Below the pieces are notes generated by a model, which was not told where the DNA came from, made no database searches, and worked only from the letters and a program-made list of their open reading frames with translations. From the NCBI GenBank assembly GCA_004524535.1, contig SDNY01000047.1, forward strand, positions 1-26,261: a DNA stretch of 26,261 nucleotides, given 5' to 3'. Source of the DNA: Promethearchaeota archaeon. Its GTDB lineage: Archaea > Asgardarchaeota > Lokiarchaeia > Sigyniarchaeales > SOKP01. This document shows, in pieces, positions 1 through 7,366 of this stretch (its first letter is position 1; each line of letters begins with the position of its first letter). The position numbers and the translations under genes were made by a program.

Positions 1-93
1 AATACCAGATAAAGCGGTAATTATTGCGCCTTTGATCTCATCATCTTCTCTTATTAATTTTGGTAAGAGCTTTAAAAATTCTTCTTTTTCCAT
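1..93 (-). CDS. 5' end of a hypothetical protein running off the window (N-terminus resembles archaeal DUF3782-like coiled-coil/PD-(D/E)XK proteins)
   Basis: ATG at 93-91, open to the window edge: MEKEEFLKLLPKLIREDDEIKGAIITALSGI. A GGAG lies about 10 nt upstream. The family guess rests on recalled resemblance only. Confidence 0.55.
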   Translation of the reverse strand, partial: MEKEEFLKLLPKLIREDDEIKGAIITALSGI

Positions 94-185
94 TTGAAAT
101 TACTCCAGTTTCTATAATATTAATGAGTTCTTACATTTTTAAAAATAACGATTTTACTATTGATTTAACTTTTAATTGATAAAAC

Positions 186-233
186 TTAAGCAAGAAGAAT
201 AAGCACATCTAAATCACTCACTGCCAAATGCAT
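186..233 (-). pseudogene. Truncated remnant of a PIN/DUF3368-like toxin N-terminus
   Basis: ATG at 233 overlaps the end of the upstream antitoxin frame and reads MHLAVSDLDVLILLA then TAA. This resembles the 'hhVSDtspLIaLak' start of DUF3368 PIN proteins that follow UPF0175 genes. Confidence 0.45.
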
Positions 234-470
234 ACTGAAATTCCTCATTTAATTCAGATTTCCCAAAATCTAAATAGACTTCATTTTTAGCGAAAAGATC
301 TTCCATTTCTCTATATGAAATTTGTAAAATATCAGCTGCCCCTGACGAATGGTTATTTTCTTTTCTCTATATAACTCAAAAACAAGTAAAATTTTAATTT
401 CTTTTTCAGGATCATCACTAAGGTAGGGTAATAATGCTTGTGGAATCTCAAATTTTATCGGTTTATCCAT
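214..470 (-). pseudogene. UPF0175-family (HTH, putative antitoxin) gene, frameshifted at a G4 run
   Basis: ORF 470-270 reads ...ELYREKKITIRQ. After the GGGG (339-342) another frame continues AADILQISYREMEDLFAKNEVYLDFGKSELNEEFQYAFGSE* (TGA 216-214). Joined, this matches the UPF0175 pattern 'LY.egkIsl.kAAelLgis..ef.ell'. Confidence 0.7.
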
Positions 471-700
471 TTTAATAACTAATATGAGGTTTTATGTTTA
501 ATATAATTAAATTAATAATTCAAATTTTACCTTATTAATTTTAACATATTTATCAATTTTAATTCTTAAATGAAATAATATATTAAATTTTATTATTGCA
601 ATAACGTATTCTAAAATTAACAATAATTTTAAAATTGGATTGAATACCATTTAGAAAGGCTTTAATTTATATTAAATAAAATATCATTTGGAATTCCGTG

Positions 701-2095
701 TTATTTTGATTTACCGATTAAATCCCTCAAACTTTCTTTCTTTTTTAGAAATTCACGTATTGAGTCGATGTCTTTACTTATCATTCTCGCAGATCGTATA
801 TTAAATGGATTTCCTTCAAGCTTCAAGAAGAACTGTCGTAAATTTTTCAATTTCCTAATAATTCTAGGTATAGTAATGAAATCATTATGCCTTAAGTCCA
901 ATTCTTCGAGTGATTTTAAATTTCCAATAGAATTCGGGAGTGAAGTCAATTGATTATTTCTTAAATCTAAAATTCTAAGAGATTTAAGATTTCCAATAGA
1001 CTCTGGGAGAGTCATTAAATGATTATTGACTAAAAATATTTGTTGGAGCAATTTAAGGTTGCCAAATGATTTTGGTAGTGTTTCTATTTGATTATTTTCA
1101 AGAAATAACTGTTTAAGAGATTGAAGATTTCCAAATGATTTTGGAAGGCTTTTTAATTCATTATTTTCAGCATATAATCGTTCCAAATTTGATAAATTAA
1201 GGATTGGCTCAGGGAATTCCTTAAAATTGTTTTTACTTATATCTAATGATTCTAATGATTCTAATTTTCCAAAAGTTTCAGGGAGATCTTTTAAATGATT
1301 ATCTCTTAATCTTAATATTTTTAATTTAGTTAAATTCTCTATAGATTCAGGAATAGATTTTAATTGATTATGGCTAAAATCTAATACACGTAACGAATTT
1401 AAACTGAATAATGGTTTGAGGATCTTTTCGGGTAAAAATTTTAAAGAATTACCTGCTAAAGAAAGAATTCGAAGTGTTTCTAAATTGCATATATTACCGG
1501 GAAGAGTTGATATGCTATTGTGATCTAAATATAATCCTTCAAGCGATTTTAAATTACAAACAGACTTAGGAAATTGTGTAAATTTATTTTTACTTAAATA
1601 TAATTCTTTCAGAGAATTAAGGTTGCTAAAATACTCTGGAAGCGATTTAAATTGATTATTTCGTAAGATTAATTCTTGAAGTGCCCTTAAATTTGCAAAA
1701 GATTCTGGTAGAGTTGTTAATTTATTTGTATCTAATTCTAGTAATTCGAGTAAATCAAGCTCCCCGAATGTTTTAGGGAGAGTGGTTAAACCATTCCATC
1801 TTAAATTTAATTTTTCTAGCGATTGTAATTTATTAAATGATTCTGGGAGTTTGGTCAATGAATTATAACCTAAGTACAATTCTTTAATGCTATCTATCTT
1901 TAAAATTTGTTTTGGAAGTTCTTTTAGACTGCAACGTTCAAGCCATAAACTAACAACTTCATCGCCATCAATTTTAAATCCAAAAGAGGGTATTCCACGT
2001 TCATCAAGACAAGGAATTTTTTTACCAATTATCTTATTCAACTCGTTTAATGCTTCTGCTTGTTTGGATTTAACGTTGTATTCTTCACTTGTCAT
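701..2095 (-). CDS. Leucine-rich repeat protein (about 16 tandem 23-aa LRRs)
   Basis: Repeating LxLxxNxLxxLPxSFGNLxSLxx units ending in an LEGNPF cap; no catalytic domain visible. Confidence 0.95.
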   Translation of the reverse strand: MTSEEYNVKSKQAEALNELNKIIGKKIPCLDERGIPSFGFKIDGDEVVSLWLERCSLKELPKQILKIDSIKELYLGYNSLTKLPESFNKLQSLEKLNLRWNGLTTLPKTFGELDLLELLELDTNKLTTLPESFANLRALQELILRNNQFKSLPEYFSNLNSLKELYLSKNKFTQFPKSVCNLKSLEGLYLDHNSISTLPGNICNLETLRILSLAGNSLKFLPEKILKPLFSLNSLRVLDFSHNQLKSIPESIENLTKLKILRLRDNHLKDLPETFGKLESLESLDISKNNFKEFPEPILNLSNLERLYAENNELKSLPKSFGNLQSLKQLFLENNQIETLPKSFGNLKLLQQIFLVNNHLMTLPESIGNLKSLRILDLRNNQLTSLPNSIGNLKSLEELDLRHNDFITIPRIIRKLKNLRQFFLKLEGNPFNIRSARMISKDIDSIREFLKKKESLRDLIGKSK

Positions 2096-2158
2096 ACTTT
2101 TACTCCTTTTCCTTTTTCAGATGATTTAATTATCTCTTACATTATATAAATAATTATT

Positions 2159-3034
2159 TCACTTTAAAGCAGTTTTGATTTTTGGTAAAGAACTAATTAA
2201 TATTTCAATCGCATTATTAATCCCTTTCTCAAGATTAGGATGAATCTCGTTCGTTTTAAAAATATCATATTTAGAGGTAGGTACGTCAGAAACTGAAAGA
2301 ATTGAGGCAGTTTTTATATTAAATAATTTCCCTAATAGAAATAAAATTGAATTTTCCATATCAATTCCCAAGACGTTTATTGATTTTAATGAGTTGATAA
2401 ACTCGTCGGTTTCACAAAACAAGGCATCGGTTGTCCAAAAATCAACCTCTCTAACTTGATGAGGATTTTTAGATTTGGCTTCGTTAAATAATAATTCTCT
2501 TAATTGATCGTTTGGCTTAGTAATGAATACCATTTGATTACCCGCTTTAATATCATTAACTTTTGAAATGGGATTTGATATTGATTCTAATTGATTAAGC
2601 AACTCGGGATGCTTAATAATATAATGAGGAGATGTTCCATCACCACAATAAGCAATTCTGGGGATTAGAGTATCGCCCACGTTAATTTTATTATTCTCAT
2701 TATCAATACCTCCACAAAAATCAACTCTTACGACTATTTTTGTATTACATCTTTTCAAGCATTCCATAGCAGTAGCACAGTTAGGACAACCAACTAAAGA
2801 ACGGATTATGCTTACATTAACTCCATTTAGCAATCCATTATAAACTCTACCGCGAACTCTTTTGTTTCGAAGCTTGCTAATCAATTTTTTCATTACGATT
2901 TTGACTGCCGGTAATATTACAATCTCGTTGATCGATTTTGGACCAGTTTCCAAAAATAATCTTACAATCTTTTCATCAACACTCATAAACCTTAAACCAA
3001 AGTTTACCAAATCTGACTTTATTCTATTTAACAT
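2159..3034 (-). CDS. Purine/uridine nucleoside phosphorylase family protein (PNP_UDP_1)
   Basis: YNGLLNGVNVSI, RVDFCGGI, GDTLIP, DGTS, WTTDALF, GIDMENS and SVSD motifs in family order. ATG at 3034 preferred over TTG at 3043. Confidence 0.8.
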   Translation of the reverse strand: MLNRIKSDLVNFGLRFMSVDEKIVRLFLETGPKSINEIVILPAVKIVMKKLISKLRNKRVRGRVYNGLLNGVNVSIIRSLVGCPNCATAMECLKRCNTKIVVRVDFCGGIDNENNKINVGDTLIPRIAYCGDGTSPHYIIKHPELLNQLESISNPISKVNDIKAGNQMVFITKPNDQLRELLFNEAKSKNPHQVREVDFWTTDALFCETDEFINSLKSINVLGIDMENSILFLLGKLFNIKTASILSVSDVPTSKYDIFKTNEIHPNLEKGINNAIEILISSLPKIKTALK

Positions 3035-3185
3035 TTTAAACAATTTTTATTATAATTTATAACTACCACATTAATTACTTCAAAACTTATAATTATTAAT
3101 CGTTTTTTTTATTTACTTACATTAAATACATTTATTAATAGATATTAAATCATGAGAAATTTTTAGTGAAGTTTGGTTAAATTTG

Positions 3186-4481
3186 ATGAGAAATAGATAT
3201 ATCATCGATAATAAAATTACAAATAAATTTGTTGAAATATATACGAAAACAACTTATAGAATTATCGGAAATAATAAACACTCTGCTATTAAACCTTGTC
3301 ATTGGCTCGAACAGAAATTAATGACAGGCAGAGAAAATAGAAATTGTTACAAGAGCATTTTCGGAATTCAAAGTCATAAATGTCTTCAGAATACCCCCTC
3401 TTTCCCCTTTTGTAATCATCAATGTGTTTTTTGCTGGCGAGATATTGAAAAAGGAGATCTCGGAAGTGATTTTATCGTTGAGCCAGACGAACCCAGAGAT
3501 TTAGTTAATGAAATGATCCGACATCATCAAGACATTATCCAAAATCATTTACCCTTAAGAAGATATTTGGATAACTATGAAATTATGAATGAAATCCTTT
3601 ATTACATGCTCAAAAATGGTGATAGTTATAATATCAATCAGTTATCTAATATTATTCATGTTAGTCGAAATAAGATTGAAAGAGCATTGATTTTACTAAA
3701 AAATCAAAAATTTATTAACCCTATCAATGATAATTATAAAATATTTAAACTTGAAGAAGATATTAAACGTTGTATTAATTCAAAAGAAGAGATTCAAAGT
3801 TTAATCCATCGTGAACTTACATCTCCGGATGATATTATGCAAACACATTCCGAAGCTATGGATCCAAATCACGCAGCTATTTCTCTTGATGGAGAACCAT
3901 TATTGTATCCTAAAATATCTGAACTCGTTAAAGAATTTAAAACTCGAAAGATGACTACATTTATCGTGACAAATAGCACTTTACCAGAAAATATTGAATC
4001 TTTAGATTCATTACCTTCACAATTATATCTTACTCTGCCAGCTTCAAATGAAGAAGTTTACAAAAAAACTTGCCGTCCAATGATTAAAAATGGGTGGAAA
4101 AAAATTAAAGACTCTTTAGATTTGATTGAATCGCTATCCTGTAGAACTCTCGTGAGACTAACTGCTGTTAAATCCCTTAATGTTAAGCTGGACAAAAATC
4201 TAATAAAAAATTACGTTAAAATTATTGAAAAAGCAAATCCTAACTTTTTCGAAATTAAAGGTTTTACGTTACAGGCAAAGGCTTTATTAATAAAAGAACG
4301 TTTAAAAAGCGATAAACCAGTTAATTATTACTTTCCAGAATATGATTATTTAGAACAAATCGCTTTAAAATTTGAGGAGTTGGGAAATTTTCCCTTGATT
4401 TATACAAATAAAGATAGCAGAGATTTCTTGTTTGCTGTGAATTGGGATAAAAATAAAGATCCTAAATTAAGACAACCCTAA
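3186..4481 (+). CDS. taw1: 4-demethylwyosine synthase TYW1/Taw1 (radical SAM), with an internal insertion
   Basis: HSAIKPCHW, CYKSIFGIQSHKCLQ, CNHQCVFCWR (CxxxCxxC), HAAISLDGEP, TTFIVTN and FFEIKGF motifs. Confidence 0.92.
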   Translation: MRNRYIIDNKITNKFVEIYTKTTYRIIGNNKHSAIKPCHWLEQKLMTGRENRNCYKSIFGIQSHKCLQNTPSFPFCNHQCVFCWRDIEKGDLGSDFIVEPDEPRDLVNEMIRHHQDIIQNHLPLRRYLDNYEIMNEILYYMLKNGDSYNINQLSNIIHVSRNKIERALILLKNQKFINPINDNYKIFKLEEDIKRCINSKEEIQSLIHRELTSPDDIMQTHSEAMDPNHAAISLDGEPLLYPKISELVKEFKTRKMTTFIVTNSTLPENIESLDSLPSQLYLTLPASNEEVYKKTCRPMIKNGWKKIKDSLDLIESLSCRTLVRLTAVKSLNVKLDKNLIKNYVKIIEKANPNFFEIKGFTLQAKALLIKERLKSDKPVNYYFPEYDYLEQIALKFEELGNFPLIYTNKDSRDFLFAVNWDKNKDPKLRQP

Positions 4482-5696
4482 TCAGTTACTTAAAATAAGT
4501 TTCATGAATTCTTCTCCACTCTCAATTAAACCATACTCACCTTCTTTACAGGTGTTTTCAGAATATTCTCTCTGAGATTTTGATACCTTTTTAGGATTAT
4601 AAATAACAAAAGGTACTGGATCTCTCGTATGTGTACGTTTTTTGCAAGGAGTTGGATGATCTGGTAGAACAACAATAACTAATTCATTATTAAATTCTTC
4701 TTCTGCTTCAATAAATGGTTTTACAATCTTTAAATCAAAATCTTCTAAGGCAGCTATTTTCTTTTTAGGATCCCCTGTATGTCCCATCTCATCTATAGCT
4801 TCTATATGTAAATATACTAAATCTTTTTCTCTTAATTGTTTTAAGGCAGCCTCTACTTTGCCCTTATAATTTGTGTCTGGTAAACCAGTAGCGCCCTTAA
4901 CTCGAATCGGTTCGAGTCCTGCAGCAATTCCAATACCAAATATTAGATCCACAGCAGAAATAACAGCGCCCTTTTTTCCGTATTTTTCTTTAAAAAATTT
5001 AATATTTGGTTTTTTTCCAGCACCCCATGGCCAAATATGGGTTGCAACTACTCTTTTCTCTTTTTCCCTCTTTTTATTAATTCTATGGTTCTTCAGAATT
5101 TCATAACTCCTATCAACAAGATTGTTAACAAGATCAGCCGTTGTTTTTGCTTTTATATCAGATTTATCCATAGGTTCAGCTAAATATTTCTTATATGGTT
5201 GACCTAAAATATCATGCGGAGGTGTAAGCCGGATTTCTGGTGAATATTTATTCCCATCAAGCTTTAGTATATGGCGGTACTGTACACCAGCAGAGAAATC
5301 AGCACGAGTATCACGTCTTAGTGCATCAATTAAAGGTTTAGATTCTTCAGTAGTGATATGGCCTGAAGAATAATCAGAAATAAGATCATTTTCTATATTT
5401 ATTAAATTAACTCTAAACACAATATCATTCTCTCTTATTTTTACTCCAGCACTTAAAGCTTCAAATGGTCCACGACCAGTATAGTCATTTTCAGGGGCAT
5501 AACCTAAGATAGTCATATTTGCAACTCCACTATCCGCAGGCTTATCGTCAGGAATTGTCTTCAACATCCCCATCTGACCATGACTGGCAAGCCAATCTAA
5601 GTTAGGAGTTTTTGCTGCTTCAAAAACAGTTTTATTACCCAAATCCTCAATTGGCCAATCCGCTGCCCCATCGCAAATTAATATGATATACTTCAT
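4482..5696 (-). CDS. apgM: 2,3-bisphosphoglycerate-independent phosphoglycerate mutase (archaeal ApgM type)
   Basis: DGAADWP, AKTPNLD, DSGVAN, YTGRGPFEA, HIEAIDEMGH and PDHPTP..RTHTRDPVP motifs. Confidence 0.93.
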   Translation of the reverse strand: MKYIILICDGAADWPIEDLGNKTVFEAAKTPNLDWLASHGQMGMLKTIPDDKPADSGVANMTILGYAPENDYTGRGPFEALSAGVKIRENDIVFRVNLINIENDLISDYSSGHITTEESKPLIDALRRDTRADFSAGVQYRHILKLDGNKYSPEIRLTPPHDILGQPYKKYLAEPMDKSDIKAKTTADLVNNLVDRSYEILKNHRINKKREKEKRVVATHIWPWGAGKKPNIKFFKEKYGKKGAVISAVDLIFGIGIAAGLEPIRVKGATGLPDTNYKGKVEAALKQLREKDLVYLHIEAIDEMGHTGDPKKKIAALEDFDLKIVKPFIEAEEEFNNELVIVVLPDHPTPCKKRTHTRDPVPFVIYNPKKVSKSQREYSENTCKEGEYGLIESGEEFMKLILSN

Positions 5697-5741
5697 AAAC
5701 TTATTATCGAGTAATATTAATTATTTTAAAATGATATTAAC

Positions 5742-6383
5742 TTAAACTTTTTTGATGTTTTTTTGATATTTATGAATTATCTTTCTGAGTTTCTCTAAGT
5801 TGGTTTTTTTCAATGCAGAAAATTCTAGAACAGGAATCTCAGCTTCTTTACCATCCTTAAAATTGTCTAAATGAATAAAAGATAAACCATATTCTTTTGC
5901 TGATTCAAGAAATAAATTAATTATATGTTTTTTATCGATATGTGAAACTTTATCAATTTTATTTATAAGAATTAAGAGTGGAATGCCAAATTCTTTCAGA
6001 AAATTGATTAATTCAAAACTTAAAGGAATGGTATCCTTATTTTGAATAAAATATTTATTAATTTCGTCTTCAATTCTTAGAGCATTTAAAACGACTAATC
6101 CAAAAAAATAATCTTTATTATGCTTTTCAATATGAACTACTATTTGTTTTTTAATGTGTTCCTCTCTCCTACGACTCGAATGTTTCATATAACCGAATCC
6201 AGGTAAATCGACAATTTGATAGGGTAAATTAGGTTGCGAAATTGGTTTTATTAGCATTGTACTACCAGGTTTTTTACCTGCTTTTCCCTTGAATTTGCTT
6301 GGATTTGGTAATAATAACCGAGTTATGGAACTTTTTCCAACATTAGAATTTCCTATAATTAATAATAATGGTTTTTCCTTCAT
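5742..6383 (-). CDS. engB: EngB/YihA-family GTP-binding protein
   Basis: G1 GNSNVGKSS, KPGST, G3 DLPGFG, G4 NKIDK, G5 FSALK. Confidence 0.88.
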   Translation of the reverse strand: MKEKPLLLIIGNSNVGKSSITRLLLPNPSKFKGKAGKKPGSTMLIKPISQPNLPYQIVDLPGFGYMKHSSRRREEHIKKQIVVHIEKHNKDYFFGLVVLNALRIEDEINKYFIQNKDTIPLSFELINFLKEFGIPLLILINKIDKVSHIDKKHIINLFLESAKEYGLSFIHLDNFKDGKEAEIPVLEFSALKKTNLEKLRKIIHKYQKNIKKV

Positions 6384-6402
6384 TTTACTAAGATTAAAAA
6401 GT

Positions 6403-7251
6403 TTAAATATCTAAGAAATCGTCCTTAAGGAATTTTTTAAACATTTCTTTTTTCTTTCCTTCTTCGATAACTGGTCGTGTGCTAATAGGCTTTCCTGCTT
6501 TTTCTAAAATCTCTTTTACTTCTTCAATTACTTTAGGATTAACTTTGAATTTACCACCACTCATGTATCGGACAATTTTTTCATTCTTTAAAGATAATCG
6601 TAGAATATAGCCGAGTCCAAAATAAAATTGAGGTTCTGGAATTGGATCGATTGCACTTTTACTAGTTACTTCTTTTAAAATATCATATAATAATGCTTTA
6701 CTCGCAGTATGATCTTCTAATTCGAAGACCAAATAATAAAGGGAATGATACCATATTTTTTCGCGCTTTTGTTTAACATAATCTAAAAATTTTTCAGGTG
6801 TAATTATTTCTTTTTCTTCTTTTTTTTTTTTTTCTAGTAATTCTAGTTTAATTCTTTCTTCCAATTCTCCAGAAATCTCTTGAGTAGGTTTAGGCTCAAC
6901 TTCATCTTCAGAAAGGCTGTGTAATTCCTCTTTTTTAACGCTTTCAATTGCTTGTTTCATTTCTTTTAATTCATCAAAATCAATTTGTTCTATATCTGAA
7001 AAATCTGAGATTAAATCATCTTTTTGTTGTATATAATCACTTATTTCATTTTCACTCTCAGGAATCTCCGCATCTTCACTCGTTATATCTTCTTCTCTAA
7101 CTTTAGCTATTGCTTCTTGCATCTCCTGAATCTCTTCAAATTCTAAATCGTCTAAATCTGAAAAATCTGTTTCAAGAAGTTCCATATCTTTTAAATAATC
7201 TTTTAAGTCGTCTTCGTTTAATTCTTCTTTTTCTTCTTGATTTTCGTTCAT
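6403..7251 (-). CDS. Hypothetical protein with an acidic, internally duplicated N-terminal half and a globular C-terminal domain
   Basis: 282-aa ORF co-oriented between EF-2 and engB; two copies of a DFSD..E..EM..AI..V motif. Confidence 0.8.
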   Translation of the reverse strand: MNENQEEKEELNEDDLKDYLKDMELLETDFSDLDDLEFEEIQEMQEAIAKVREEDITSEDAEIPESENEISDYIQQKDDLISDFSDIEQIDFDELKEMKQAIESVKKEELHSLSEDEVEPKPTQEISGELEERIKLELLEKKKKEEKEIITPEKFLDYVKQKREKIWYHSLYYLVFELEDHTASKALLYDILKEVTSKSAIDPIPEPQFYFGLGYILRLSLKNEKIVRYMSGGKFKVNPKVIEEVKEILEKAGKPISTRPVIEEGKKKEMFKKFLKDDFLDI

Positions 7252-7366
7252 ATTTTACTCATTAATAAAATATTTTCGCTTTTCATCAATTAAATTATAG
7301 TTTTTTAATTCTTTAAATATTAATAATCTGAAAAAAATAAAATAAGCAATAAAAATATTAGATTTT

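Noticed and set aside
471-700. AT-rich intergenic stretches (also 13138-13370 and 24127-24403) as possible ncRNA, tRNA or origin
   Set aside because: I found no GC-rich stems, cloverleaf, repeated ORB-like boxes or direct-repeat arrays by eye.
900-1150. Near-identical DNA segments within the LRR gene (e.g. CCAAATGATTTTGG twice, TTTCCAATAGA twice)
   Set aside because: They are explained by the 69-nt periodic LRR coding repeats, not an independent repeat array.
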